Counted from the first letter of the stretch, positions 18,848 to 29,846 are shown. The stretch: DNA of 64,000 bases from an uncultured Arcobacter sp. (GCA_965140705.1 OZ223300.1:1024001-1088000); one strand, 5' to 3'. The notes: generated from the letters alone by a model not told the origin. Program-made: numbers and translations.

Positions 18848-19747
18848 TTATTGCATCATAAAATATAATGCTCCTGTAGTAGCAAAAGAGAAGATAATAC
18901 CATATCCCACAATTGCAGAACATAATCTAGGAGCTAAACCAGCCATTGATGCCATTGCTCCTGCTGTTATCATAGCGGGCATTGCAGCTTCTATTATTGA
19001 AACTTTTGCTGGTAAGCCACTCCACCCAAATATAAAACAAATAAGAAAAGCAATTGCTGGACCAATAATTAGTTTTATAAAACTTGATGCAAAAAATGGT
19101 TTAATATCATGGGCTGGTATTTTAAATTGTAATTGTAAACCAACAGCTACTAAAACTAAGGGCACAATTGTATTGGAGAATATTTTTAATATATGTATTA
19201 CCATCGGTGAAAGAGTCGTTCCCATAAGTAAAAGACCAACAATCAATGAAAGAAAAGGAGGGAACGTCACAACTTTGATAGTAATAATTTTAAAATTAGT
19301 TTTTCCACTACCTGAATATAAAGTTAAAATAAAAGTTGCATAACTGATTAAAAATATGAAAGTACCAAGTTGATCGTAAATAAGCAAATAAGCCATAGCC
19401 TCTTGCCCGTAATAAGCATTTATTAAAGGAATACCTAAAAATGAAGTATTACCCAAAACAGTCACTAACATCAAAGCACCTGTAACTTCCCTTGTAAACT
19501 CAAGCCATCTTGAAACATAAAAAGTGATAACAGCAGTAATACTCATAACGCTCCATGCAATTACTATTGGGATAATCATTGTAAGAGATATATTCATTGT
19601 AGGAATTTCAAGTAGTATCATAGCTGGCATTGATATATAAATAACAAATTTATTCAAAATTTCAGGTGTATTTTCAGGAAATGCTTTAAGAATTTGAAAT
19701 AAATAACCTAATCCAATACATAAAATAATAAGTATAAAATTTTCCAT
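18848..19747 (-). CDS. AEC (auxin efflux carrier) family transporter
   Basis: About 10 TM; GNTSFLGIP, EAAMP motifs. Confidence 0.88.
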   Translation of the reverse strand: MENFILIILCIGLGYLFQILKAFPENTPEILNKFVIYISMPAMILLEIPTMNISLTMIIPIVIAWSVMSITAVITFYVSRWLEFTREVTGALMLVTVLGNTSFLGIPLINAYYGQEAMAYLLIYDQLGTFIFLISYATFILTLYSGSGKTNFKIITIKVVTFPPFLSLIVGLLLMGTTLSPMVIHILKIFSNTIVPLVLVAVGLQLQFKIPAHDIKPFFASSFIKLIIGPAIAFLICFIFGWSGLPAKVSIIEAAMPAMITAGAMASMAGLAPRLCSAIVGYGIIFSFATTGALYFMMQ

Positions 19748-19869
19748 TATTATTACCTTTAATAGAGTTCAGACATATTGTATTTTCAAGAAGATCAGTA
19801 GTTATTTTATTGGTTTAGGTGAAAATAATAGAATGCCTAATTAGTATGTGAATAGTATCGAAAAAATAA

Positions 19870-20568
19870 TTAATCTTTTGACTTAGATTTAACTGTATCA
19901 ACAAATATTTTAAAAATTTTTAAATGTTGTTTTTTATAAAAAAGATATTCAGGATGCCATTGCACTCCAAATATCAAATTATTGTCATCTTTTTTTGAGA
20001 TTGATTGAATAATATTATATTTATCAACTGCTTCTAATTTAAAAGATTCAGGTAGTTTTTTTACAGCTTGATGATGTAATGTATTTATTTTTAAAGTGGA
20101 AGTTTTTAAACAAGTATCTAAAATAGCACCTTTTTTTATATTTATATTTTTCCAAGGAAGTGGAGTATATTTGTAGTCATATCCATCTCTTCTTATATCT
20201 TTACAAAGTTCTCCACCAAAAAATATATTTATTAGTTGATATCCTCTACATATACCAAAAACTGGTTTATTGTTTTCTACAGCTTTATTTAAAAGTTTAT
20301 ACTCTAAAACATCTCTTTCATAAGATATTATATCTTCTATTTTGCAAGTTTTATCTTCAATAAAAGCATTATATAAATCATTCCCTCCACTTATGAGTAA
20401 GCCATCCATATCTAAATCATCATAGGGTTTATTTGGTGTGATTATTTTAGTACGGGCTCCACATAAAAAAAGTGAAAAAATTATAAAGAACCTAGATACA
20501 AATCCTTTTTTAGGACCTGTAACTATTATAGTAGGTCTGTGATGTAACCATGACATTGTTCTATCCAT
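19870..20568 (-). CDS. Class I glutamine amidotransferase / peptidase C26 (PuuD-like)
   Basis: GLLISGGND, GICRGYQ, NTLHHQAV, GVQWHPE; true start may be 20553. Confidence 0.9.
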   Translation of the reverse strand: MDRTMSWLHHRPTIIVTGPKKGFVSRFFIIFSLFLCGARTKIITPNKPYDDLDMDGLLISGGNDLYNAFIEDKTCKIEDIISYERDVLEYKLLNKAVENNKPVFGICRGYQLINIFFGGELCKDIRRDGYDYKYTPLPWKNINIKKGAILDTCLKTSTLKINTLHHQAVKKLPESFKLEAVDKYNIIQSISKKDDNNLIFGVQWHPEYLFYKKQHLKIFKIFVDTVKSKSKD

Positions 20569-21542
20569 TCATTTTTATTAAATAAAGGTGAATCAAGTTG
20601 AATCAAAAACTCTTTACTCATTTTTGTAAATACTTTTTCATTATTTGCTAAAATCTCAACTATTACCCATAATTGAAACTCTTGAGAAAGATTCCATCTA
20701 AATAGATTTACTTTTGAATTTGGCAATCTATAGTGATATGTAGGTCTTGGATTTATTTTCTCTTTTGGAAGATGTTTTCTTACTTCTTTTTCATTCCAAA
20801 AAGCTAATTGTGGTAACATATCTAAAATACGATTCCTTGTGGGATTATATTTTATATAATCTTGTAAAAACTCTTCTTTTGTTGGCTTATACTCTAAATC
20901 AATAATTTTTTTAATATACTCTTTTGGAAAATCATTTATATAAGGTGAAACCTTTCTTGCAATATCAACTTCACTTTGAAGTTCTATCCATTTTTGAATA
21001 ATTAAAAATGATTTAAAAAGTCTTAGCACATCCTCGATATTTTGACTTGGTGGTTCTATATTAAAATGGACTCCAAAGGCATAATAAAGCGAATGAGTAG
21101 TTCCTAATGCTCCATTTAATCTAAGAGCTTCAACTAGCTTATCAGCTTCTTTTATATCTTTAATTGGTATTGGAGGAGTTGCTATTTCAAAAGGTACAAA
21201 ACGTTTGGAAGTTTTATCTACAATATCATCTATACTATGAGATACACTTCCAATTATATTACTAAGTTTATCAAATAAATTATCAGATTGCATTTTTTGA
21301 AGTAATTGGGCATCAAGTTCAAGTTTAAAGTTTCCATATTTAGTATCTTTTAGTTCAAGTTCATATTTTGTGATTTTTTTTAACTTTCCACCAAATATTT
21401 CAGATATGAGTTTGGCACTTTTTTCTAATGAAAGGTTTGAGTATTCAATTTCAATCCCCACATGCCTTGGTTCATCTTTATTATTAAAAAAAAGTTTTGA
21501 TAAATACTTTTTTTCTATTATTTCTTGATAATTCCCTTGCAT
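20526..21542 (-). CDS. Putative amidoligase (COOH-NH2 ligase type 2)
   Basis: VGIEIEY, PFEIATPP, FGVHFN, NPTRNR.LDMLP, RPTYHYRLPN. Confidence 0.8.
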   Translation of the reverse strand: MQGNYQEIIEKKYLSKLFFNNKDEPRHVGIEIEYSNLSLEKSAKLISEIFGGKLKKITKYELELKDTKYGNFKLELDAQLLQKMQSDNLFDKLSNIIGSVSHSIDDIVDKTSKRFVPFEIATPPIPIKDIKEADKLVEALRLNGALGTTHSLYYAFGVHFNIEPPSQNIEDVLRLFKSFLIIQKWIELQSEVDIARKVSPYINDFPKEYIKKIIDLEYKPTKEEFLQDYIKYNPTRNRILDMLPQLAFWNEKEVRKHLPKEKINPRPTYHYRLPNSKVNLFRWNLSQEFQLWVIVEILANNEKVFTKMSKEFLIQLDSPLFNKNEWIEQCHGYITDLL

Positions 21543-21669
21543 ATTTTCCCCTTATATTTATAAGAATATAAAATTATTATTTATGATATTTATAGTTTGT
21601 TATTTATTATAAAGATAACATAAGATATTTAAACATAACTTAATTATTTTTTGAGGAAAAATGTTTTTA

Positions 21670-23610
21670 TTAAGCATTTTTAGGTAGTTTTATAGAAAAT
21701 TTTGCACCTTTGTAATTTTCGTTATTATAATGGAACTCTTCATTTGTAGCTTTTATTTCACCATTCATATTTGTAATGATTTGTTTACTCATATAAAGCC
21801 CAATGCCAGTACCACCAATCTCTTTTTTAGTTGTGAAATATGGCTTAAATACATCACTTAAAATATCTTTAGGAATTCCACCATTTGTATCTTTTATATT
21901 AATATATACGTAGTCTTTATCATCAAAAACATCAATAAACAGATATTGTTTTTTATTTTCATTAAGATTTTTTATAAATTCATCTTTTGCATTTTTTATA
22001 ATATTTATAAAAACTTGTAAAAGTTCATTTTGATAACCACTTACATATATTTCTTTTATATTTTTTACTATTTCAATATTGCTAGTTTTAAATTCTGAGC
22101 TAATTAATTTAAATGTCTTTTCAAAAATAGTTTCTATATTAAAGTATGTTTTTTCTTTACTTGGATTAAAAAAGTTTCTAAAATCATCAATTGTAGTTGT
22201 TAAATGTGTAACTGAATTATCTATATTATCAATTGCTTCAAGTATTTCTTCTTCTGAATTGTGGCTTTCATTCTCTTTATTTAATCTAAGAAGACTATTT
22301 GACATACTTATTAAACTTAATGGTTGTTTCCATTGGTGTGCAATATTACCAATCATTTCTCCCATAATTGCCATTTTTGACTGTTGAATAAGTAACATCT
22401 CATTTTTTATTGTTTTTTTAGTTTCTAAATCTAGGTTTTCTCTATACTCTTTAAATTTAATAGCAATAATATTTGATATATAAAAAGAAATAGCTATTAA
22501 GATAAGTGTCATAATACTACTAATAATTAATATTTTATTTATAACTTCATTACTATTTTTGGTAAGTTCAATTTCTCTTTGTTTTATAACTGAATTTAGT
22601 CTATCTAAGTAAAATCCATTACCAATTACCCAATTCCACTTTTCAAAAAGTTTTATATAGGAGATTTTGGCAGATGATTTATAATTTGCATTATAAGTTG
22701 ACAAATAATCTAAATACCCTTCTTTGTGAGTTTTCGCAAAACTTAATATATCTTTTACAACAAAATCACCTTTAGAATTTTTTACTTTTAATCTATTTTT
22801 ACCAATACACTCTTTTCTAATATCAGATAGACAATTTCCCTCTAAATCATATACAAAAATATAACCATTTTCATTGTATCTAAATCTTGTTATCCACTCT
22901 AAAACTTTTTTCTTTACTTTTTCTTGGAAATCTTCAGTATATTCGCCTGTACCAATAACCACATTGTATGGTTCAAAATATTTATAAAAACTTATTTTTT
23001 CATAGGCTTGAGTTTTATCATTTGGTTTATACCAATAATACTTATCAAAGGCTTCTGTTTTATTTTTAATTGTTTCAGATATTTTTTTTACAAATTTATA
23101 ACCTTTGGCATCTACGTAATTAAGCATATTTTTTCCCTCAAACTCTTTATTAAAAGGTTGTAAGAGCTTAACACCATTTACGTCATCTATAAAAAAATAA
23201 CCTCTGTTATTGTTATAAGACATTCCTGTTAATGCGTGTTTTATAGTAGTTAGTATTCGTTTTTTTGAATGTGCATGTTCATTTGAAAAATCATTTGATT
23301 CTTCTGTATAAAGTATATTTGCCACTTTATATGCTTCATAGACTTTATTTTTAATAGATTCTTTTAGACTCTCTTCTGATTTATTTATTTCATCATTTAT
23401 CAGAGAAATGATATTTTCTACTTCGTATTTAACAATTTTTTTATTTTCATTTAAATAGTTTGTTTTTAGAATCTCAACTTCATTTTTAACTTCTTGTCTT
23501 TTTTGTTCAATGAATATATTTGTAATGATAAATGAAAATATTATGACAGGTAAGATTGCTCCATATCTAATTACTGTTAATATATTTTTTTCATTATCAA
23601 AAAATTTCAT
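21670..23610 (-). CDS. Cache-domain sensor histidine kinase
   Basis: Two TM flanking tandem single-Cache repeats; IAHQWKQPL H-box, GTGIGLY. Confidence 0.92.
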   Translation of the reverse strand: MKFFDNEKNILTVIRYGAILPVIIFSFIITNIFIEQKRQEVKNEVEILKTNYLNENKKIVKYEVENIISLINDEINKSEESLKESIKNKVYEAYKVANILYTEESNDFSNEHAHSKKRILTTIKHALTGMSYNNNRGYFFIDDVNGVKLLQPFNKEFEGKNMLNYVDAKGYKFVKKISETIKNKTEAFDKYYWYKPNDKTQAYEKISFYKYFEPYNVVIGTGEYTEDFQEKVKKKVLEWITRFRYNENGYIFVYDLEGNCLSDIRKECIGKNRLKVKNSKGDFVVKDILSFAKTHKEGYLDYLSTYNANYKSSAKISYIKLFEKWNWVIGNGFYLDRLNSVIKQREIELTKNSNEVINKILIISSIMTLILIAISFYISNIIAIKFKEYRENLDLETKKTIKNEMLLIQQSKMAIMGEMIGNIAHQWKQPLSLISMSNSLLRLNKENESHNSEEEILEAIDNIDNSVTHLTTTIDDFRNFFNPSKEKTYFNIETIFEKTFKLISSEFKTSNIEIVKNIKEIYVSGYQNELLQVFINIIKNAKDEFIKNLNENKKQYLFIDVFDDKDYVYINIKDTNGGIPKDILSDVFKPYFTTKKEIGGTGIGLYMSKQIITNMNGEIKATNEEFHYNNENYKGAKFSIKLPKNA

Positions 23611-23783
23611 AAGATTCCTAGATTAAATAAATTATTTAATTATAGCTAAAGGAAATAAAAAGAAACTTTTGATTCTAAAAAAATAATAATTTAAATAGAT
23701 AATTTACTTCATGAATGTGCTAAAGTTATTATTTTATAATTAATATATAAATTTTAGTAACAAAAGAGTTTTAAACTCTTTTG

Positions 23784-24470
23784 TTATTCACAAAGAAAAG
23801 TATAATTTGCATTTATCTTAACTTCTAAAGAGTCATCAATAGGTTTTGTGATACTAGATGTTTTACTTAATGTTGAAGACTCCATAAGGGCATTTCTAAG
23901 CACAGGTGTATATCTTTGATTTTTAGAAATATTAATATCTTTAACAGAACAAGTTTTATTAGAAAATGTTTTTTCTAAATTTTTTGCATAACTAATTGCA
24001 AAATTATAAGCTTGATTTTCTAATTTTCTATATGAGTTTGTTATTTCTTCTTCTGTAAGAATTGGATTAGAAGTACCTATTGATATTTTATTGATATTTG
24101 ATTTATTTAAATAATTTATAAATTGATTTAAACTTTTAGAATCATTATATGTACAAGTAAAATTTATATTAGAGATATATCCTTTTGTTTCTTTTTTATT
24201 ATTGATATAAACAATATTTGGATTTATCGAGTATTTACCTCCACTACACTCTAAATTTTTATGCTCTTTTAAATCTTTTACTTTTTTTAGTATTGATTCC
24301 ATATTATTTTGTATAGTGTTAAAACTAGGACTTTGATTCTCTACAGAAACATTGATTTTGTAACTATTTGTTTTTGCAGTATTAGTAAAATTTTCATTCA
24401 ATGAGATTGTTGTTGCACTTAAACTTGTGAATATTCCTATAAAACTTGATATTAGCAGTATTCTTTTCAT
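23784..24470 (-). CDS. Exported SIMPL/DUF541-like protein
   Basis: Signal peptide; Y.INP..Y, GY and terminal beta-strand pattern. Confidence 0.55.
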   Translation of the reverse strand: MKRILLISSFIGIFTSLSATTISLNENFTNTAKTNSYKINVSVENQSPSFNTIQNNMESILKKVKDLKEHKNLECSGGKYSINPNIVYINNKKETKGYISNINFTCTYNDSKSLNQFINYLNKSNINKISIGTSNPILTEEEITNSYRKLENQAYNFAISYAKNLEKTFSNKTCSVKDINISKNQRYTPVLRNALMESSTLSKTSSITKPIDDSLEVKINANYTFLCE

Positions 24471-24655
24471 TATATTCCTTCTATTTTATTTCAAAACTAA
24501 GTATATCATTTTTCTTATAATGCCTCATAAGTTAGTTTTCTTTGTTTTTTCCTTCAGCAAAATATACAATGGCATAAATTTTATCTATCTCTTTGCCATT
24601 ATTGTCTATAATGCGATTAAAATAAAAAACAAATATTTAATATAAAAGGTAAATA

Positions 24656-25759
24656 ATGGGATTAGGTGTAGGAATAGTAGGACTTCCAAATGTAGGTAAA
24701 TCGACAACTTTTAATGCTTTGACAAAAGCACAAAATGCAGAGGCACAAAATTATCCATTTTGTACTATTGAGCCAAATAAAGCAATTGTTCCAGTACCTG
24801 ATAAAAGACTTGATGAGTTAGCAAAAATTGTAATTCCTGATAAAATTCAGTATTCAACTATAGACTTTGTTGATATTGCTGGACTTGTAAGAGGGGCATC
24901 TAAAGGCGAAGGATTAGGTAATCAATTCTTATCAAACATTAGAGAAGTTGAAGTAATTTTACATATGGTTAGATGTTTTGAAGATGGAAATATTACTCAT
25001 GTGGAAGGTGATGTAAACCCTTTAAGAGATATTGAGATAATCGAAACTGAGCTTATTTATGCTGATATTTCACAATTAGAGAAAAAAATTGATAGACTTA
25101 AAAAGCAATCAAAATCTTCAAAAGAAGCAGCTGCTTCTCTTGTAATTGCAGAAGAGTTATTTAAACATTTAGAAGAGCTAAATCCTGTAAAAACTTTCGA
25201 AAAATTAGAAGATGATGTTTTTATTGCTTTAGATAAAGAACTTAGATTTTTATCTAACAAAGATGTGATTTATGGAGCAAATGTTGATGAAGATTCACTA
25301 GCAGACGGTGGAAATAAATTTGTTGATGTTTTAAAAGAACATGCAAGTAAAGTAAATGCTGATGTTATTATGCTTTGTGCAAAAATAGAAGAAGAACTTG
25401 TAGGTTTAGAAGATGAAGAAGCACAAGAGTTTTTAACAGATTTAGGTGTTGAAGAATCTGGATTAGAACAAATAATTCATAAAGCCTTTGATAAGCTTGG
25501 ACTTCAATCATATTTTACAGCTGGTAAAGTAGAAGTTAGAGCTTGGACTATTAAGAAAAATACAAAAGCACCACAAGCAGCAGCTGTGATTCATAATGAC
25601 TTTGAAAAAGGTTTTATAAAAGCAGAAGTTATTGCTTATGAAGATTTTGTATCTTTAGGTGGTGAAGCTAAGTGTAAAGAAGCTGGAAAATTAAAACTTG
25701 AAGGTAAAGATTATATTGTGCAAGATGGTGATGTTATGCACTTCAGATTTAATGTCTAA
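24656..25759 (+). CDS. ychF: Redox-regulated ATPase YchF
   Basis: GLPNVGKST, NYPFCTIEPN, DIAGLV.GAS.GEGLGN.FL, TGS domain. Confidence 0.98.
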   Translation: MGLGVGIVGLPNVGKSTTFNALTKAQNAEAQNYPFCTIEPNKAIVPVPDKRLDELAKIVIPDKIQYSTIDFVDIAGLVRGASKGEGLGNQFLSNIREVEVILHMVRCFEDGNITHVEGDVNPLRDIEIIETELIYADISQLEKKIDRLKKQSKSSKEAAASLVIAEELFKHLEELNPVKTFEKLEDDVFIALDKELRFLSNKDVIYGANVDEDSLADGGNKFVDVLKEHASKVNADVIMLCAKIEEELVGLEDEEAQEFLTDLGVEESGLEQIIHKAFDKLGLQSYFTAGKVEVRAWTIKKNTKAPQAAAVIHNDFEKGFIKAEVIAYEDFVSLGGEAKCKEAGKLKLEGKDYIVQDGDVMHFRFNV

Positions 25760-25797
25760 TAACTAAGACTCATCTATCTATACTTACTTAAATTATT

Positions 25798-25839
25798 AAA
25801 AAAGGGGAAGGAAAACAAGTAGTTTTCTTTCCCCTTTTT
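25798..25839 (+). terminator. Intrinsic terminator after ychF
   Basis: AAAAAGGGGAAGGAAAAC-AAGTA-GTTTTCTTTCCCTTTTT. Confidence 0.75.
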
Positions 25840-25891
25840 GCATTAAAAATAAATAAAAATAATTTCTAAAATATTTTCAAAACTTTGATTT

Positions 25892-25908
25892 TGTATAATT
25901 TATATACA
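25892..25908. promoter_or_regulatory. TGTATA-N5-TATACA palindrome before the Cache-CheW gene
   Basis: TGTATA-ATTTA-TATACA, 31 nt before TATAAT (25940-25945). Confidence 0.65.
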
Positions 25909-25971
25909 AAAATGTAAACCCTACTATACCTTAAAAATGTATAATTATTTTATATATTTTAAGGAAATAAA

Positions 25972-28530
25972 ATGAATAATCAACTTATTAATTATAAAGG
26001 AATTGAGCTAAAACAAGAGTTACTTCAATATTTTAAACATATGTTCTTAGTGGAAGAGTATAGAGAAGAATTAGTATCATTATCAAAAAGTTGGGATAAC
26101 CTATCTTTACTAAGTAACTTTGGAAATAATAGTGCAAATATAAATGAAACAAAAAATAACTTTTCAAAATTGACTTCAAAACTGTTAAATCATCTATCAA
26201 ATGAACTTCTAGAAAAAACAATAAGACAAATGAAATTTAAATCACAAATCTCTATTGATATTCTTATACGAAATCTTTATGAAAGAACTGCTGATATTGG
26301 ATTTTTAGCTACAGATAAGGATATAAGAGAATTTTTAGAAAATAATAAAAATAAATATGAAAATGAATTTGCTGATAATGTAAAAATATTAAGAAATAGA
26401 TTTTTAGAATATACGCAAAAATATAGTGTATATTATAACATTGTCCTAATGGACACAAAAGGTAATATCCTAGTCCAATTAGATAAAAGTGAAAAAATAA
26501 ATAAATCTGAAGATGAGATTATTGATTTATCTTTAAGTAGTAATGATTATGTTGAATCTTTTAAATTTCATGATTTTATTCCAAGTAAAAAGAAAAGTTT
26601 AGTTTATGCATCTAAAGTTACAAAAACTAATGATCCAAATTCAGAACCAATTGGAATTTTATGCTTATGCTTTAAGTTTCAAGATGAGATGAAAGGTATT
26701 TTTAATAATCTAAAAGAGACAAAAAATAAAGAGTGTTTAACAATTTTAGATAAAGATGGAGTAGTAATTGCTACTAGTGATAAGTATCATGTAAATTTAG
26801 GAACAATTTTAGAATTTAATCCAAATAGTAAATTCTCTTTTATTTCCCATGGAGGTAGGGACTATTTATCTAAAACATGTAAAACAAATGGTTATCAAGG
26901 TTATTTTGGGCAAGAATGGTATGGGCACATTTTGCTTCCTTTAGACTATGCTTTTGTTGAAGAAGATGATAATTTAAATATTGATCAAGATATCTTATTG
27001 GCAATTCTACAAGGAGGTGAGAGGTTTAGTGATGAACTAAAAAAGATTCCACTTGAAGCAAATAATATTCAAGAGAATTTAAATAGATTAGTTTGGAATG
27101 GAAATCTCAACCGAGGTAATCAAGATAAAAGTGAATTAACAAAAAGCTTTTTTAGGGCACTTTTAAATGAGATAAGTTTAACTGGAGAGAAAACTAAAAA
27201 AATATTTGATTTATCCATTGCTAATCTAACTAAAACAATTATATTAAATAATGCAACTTATGTTGCTTCTTTGATGGTAGATATTATGGATAGAAATCTA
27301 TATGAAAGAGCAAATGATTGTAGATGGTGGGCTTTAACTCAAGATTTTAAAGATGCCTTAACCTCTAATTCTATAGATAAGACTAATAATAGTAAATTAA
27401 CAGAGATATTAAGTTATATAAATAGTCTTTATACGGTTTATACAAATCTATTTATTTATGATAAAAATGGAATTATTCTTGCTGTTTCCAATGAAGAAGA
27501 GAAACATTTAATAGGAATGCAATTAAGCGATAATACCCTTGAAAATACAATGGAAATAAAAGATAATAATGATTATTTTGTGTCAAATTTTAAAAGAACA
27601 AAATTTTATAATGATGATTATACTTACATTTATTATTCTTCAATTAAATCAGATGAAAATGTTGTAGGTGGGATTGGTATAGTTTTTGATTCAAAAGTTG
27701 AATTAAAAGCTATGCTTGAAGAATCAATTCCAAATTTTAAATCATCAGCTGATGAAAAGAGATTTGGTGTATTTACTGATAAAAAAGGATTAATAATCTC
27801 TTCTACAAATGAAGACTTAGAAGTAGGAACAGCTTTAGATATTGATTTGAAATTTTTTAATATGGTAAATGGAGAATCCCATAGTGAAATAATAGTTTAC
27901 AATGGTAATTATTATGCTATTGGGATAAAGTGTTCACAAGGATATAGAGAGTATAAAGTTGCTGATAATTATTCAAATGATATTTTTGCAATATTTTTCT
28001 CTTATATTAGTTCAGCAGATTTAAATATTTCACATAGTAAAGAAATATTTAAAGAAATTAGTGGAAATAAATCAGAAGACACACAAGAAATAGGGACTTT
28101 TTTCATAGGTGGAAAGTGGCTAGGTATTGAAATAGAAAATTTAATTGAAGTTGTAAGTGTTTCTAAATTAGACCTATCTCCTACAATGAATAATGACCAC
28201 TATTTTAAAGGAACCATAATTTATAATAATTCTGCCGTTGGAGTGATAGATATTAAGAATTTTTTAGATGAAAAAGTTGAAGAAGATTATAAAGAAGTTG
28301 TCATTATAAAACATTTTGACAAAGATAGTGAGAATTACATAGGTATATTAGTAAATGAATTAGGTGATATTCCTGAGATTTCAAAAGCTAGAATCAAGAA
28401 GATTGATAATTATTTATTAGGGAATTGTACATTAATAAATTCTGTAATAGTTCCTCTTGAGGGGTCAAAAGATGATAAATTATTATCAATACTTGATATT
28501 GAGATGTTAAAAAATAATTTAATAGAATAA
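25972..28530 (+). CDS. Large soluble protein with duplicated Cache-like modules and C-terminal CheW domain
   Basis: Repeated RNLYERxxD motif; no TM or signal peptide seen; C-terminal G.I.Y....VIDI...GILV.ELGDI CheW pattern. Confidence 0.75.
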   Translation: MNNQLINYKGIELKQELLQYFKHMFLVEEYREELVSLSKSWDNLSLLSNFGNNSANINETKNNFSKLTSKLLNHLSNELLEKTIRQMKFKSQISIDILIRNLYERTADIGFLATDKDIREFLENNKNKYENEFADNVKILRNRFLEYTQKYSVYYNIVLMDTKGNILVQLDKSEKINKSEDEIIDLSLSSNDYVESFKFHDFIPSKKKSLVYASKVTKTNDPNSEPIGILCLCFKFQDEMKGIFNNLKETKNKECLTILDKDGVVIATSDKYHVNLGTILEFNPNSKFSFISHGGRDYLSKTCKTNGYQGYFGQEWYGHILLPLDYAFVEEDDNLNIDQDILLAILQGGERFSDELKKIPLEANNIQENLNRLVWNGNLNRGNQDKSELTKSFFRALLNEISLTGEKTKKIFDLSIANLTKTIILNNATYVASLMVDIMDRNLYERANDCRWWALTQDFKDALTSNSIDKTNNSKLTEILSYINSLYTVYTNLFIYDKNGIILAVSNEEEKHLIGMQLSDNTLENTMEIKDNNDYFVSNFKRTKFYNDDYTYIYYSSIKSDENVVGGIGIVFDSKVELKAMLEESIPNFKSSADEKRFGVFTDKKGLIISSTNEDLEVGTALDIDLKFFNMVNGESHSEIIVYNGNYYAIGIKCSQGYREYKVADNYSNDIFAIFFSYISSADLNISHSKEIFKEISGNKSEDTQEIGTFFIGGKWLGIEIENLIEVVSVSKLDLSPTMNNDHYFKGTIIYNNSAVGVIDIKNFLDEKVEEDYKEVVIIKHFDKDSENYIGILVNELGDIPEISKARIKKIDNYLLGNCTLINSVIVPLEGSKDDKLLSILDIEMLKNNLIE

Positions 28531-28543
28531 CAAAATTAAAGAC

Positions 28544-29161
28544 TTATATACCTTGAAGAAGAATTTGCCAAATATATTCAACTTCTTCATCATCTAAGAA
28601 AATTAGTGATTTTTCTTTAAAAAGTTCATCTATTTTGTAAAATTCAAACTTTTTTGAATAAGTACAAGTTGGATGAACAGGATGAAAGCTTCTTACAAGT
28701 GAGATTTCATCTTTTATCTCTTGTTCACAAAGTAAACAAATATATTCACTATGAAGTCTTCCTTCATGTTCTAGTAGTTTTATATAAGTTTCACAAATGG
28801 CTCGTTTGGCATCTTGTTTTATAAGTTTGTGAGCAAGTTCTTCTAATAAATTGAAATAGAAACTATCTATCTCTTCCACATCTTTTAAATGGGGATAAAA
28901 AAGTTTTAAAAATCTTTGCCAACAATAGAGCTTTTCTTTTACAAAAATCCAATTAAAACTTATTTGAAGTACATCTTTTAGTCTAGGTATTGTACTTTTT
29001 AGATTTGATTCTAATTCAAAATCAATCTTATATCCAACATTAACAGTAGAGTGTCTTCCTCCATAAAATCTATATGTAGTATAAATACTCTCATCTGTAA
29101 GAATAGTAACGATTAAGTCATCATCTCTTACAGATTTTATATCGATTATATAACCTTGCAT
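28544..29161 (-). CDS. recO: Epsilon-type recombination protein RecO
   Basis: MQGYII....DDLIV.ILT, YRFYGGRHS, EGRLH, CxxC...HxxC. Confidence 0.88.
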   Translation of the reverse strand: MQGYIIDIKSVRDDDLIVTILTDESIYTTYRFYGGRHSTVNVGYKIDFELESNLKSTIPRLKDVLQISFNWIFVKEKLYCWQRFLKLFYPHLKDVEEIDSFYFNLLEELAHKLIKQDAKRAICETYIKLLEHEGRLHSEYICLLCEQEIKDEISLVRSFHPVHPTCTYSKKFEFYKIDELFKEKSLIFLDDEEVEYIWQILLQGI

Positions 29162-29419
29162 CTATTCTTTAAGACTCTTCATATCAATTATTTCATCTAT
29201 GATTTCTTGTGCTTCTTCATCATCAATCTCTCCAGCTTCTAAATCATCAATTAAGTCTTGAAACTCTTTTCTCATCTCTTGCATATATTTTATTTCTTCT
29301 TTAGTTTTATCATCACTTTTTTTTGATGCAACTAATTCAAATAACTCATCTAAATAGTCTTCAACATCAGGTATAACTTCGTTGTGTACTAGATTTAAAA
29401 GTTTTTCTTGTATAGTCAT
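29162..29419 (-). CDS. Acidic helical hypothetical protein
   Basis: AAGGA RBS; abuts recO start. Confidence 0.7.
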   Translation of the reverse strand: MTIQEKLLNLVHNEVIPDVEDYLDELFELVASKKSDDKTKEEIKYMQEMRKEFQDLIDDLEAGEIDDEEAQEIIDEIIDMKSLKE

Positions 29420-29531
29420 ATTATTTTCCTTTTAAATTTGGAAAAAAATTATAACAAAAGATTACTACTTGTTTGCTTCATAATTATACTTATGGTATTA
29501 TTCTTGACATATTATAAAAAGGAAAATGTAG

Positions 29532-29846
29532 ATGTCTGTGTTTGAAAATGTAAAAATAGCTAAAAAAGCAAATATTTTATATGAAGGTCATGTTACAAGT
29601 AGAGCTATAGAGTTTGAAGATGGTTCAAAAAAGACTTTAGGTGTTATGTTACCTGGAGAGTATGATTTTACAACTATTCATGAAGAACTTATTGATGTAG
29701 AATCGGGAGAACTAGAAGTATTATTACCTGCACAAGATTGGAAAAAAATTGTTGCACCACAAAGTTTTAAAGTGCCTGCTAACTCTAAATTTAAATTAAA
29801 AGTTATTTCACTAGTTGATTATTGTTGCTCATTTAAAAGACACTAA
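29532..29846 (+). CDS. ppnP: Pyrimidine/purine nucleoside phosphorylase (cupin, DUF1255)
   Basis: KANILYEG.VTSR, KTLGVMLPGEY.F, F.VPANSKF, DYCCS. Confidence 0.88.
   Translation: MSVFENVKIAKKANILYEGHVTSRAIEFEDGSKKTLGVMLPGEYDFTTIHEELIDVESGELEVLLPAQDWKKIVAPQSFKVPANSKFKLKVISLVDYCCSFKRH

Noticed and set aside
24427..24645. 72-aa ORF upstream of ychF
   Set aside because: AT-rich promoter region, overlaps the opposite gene start, no RBS
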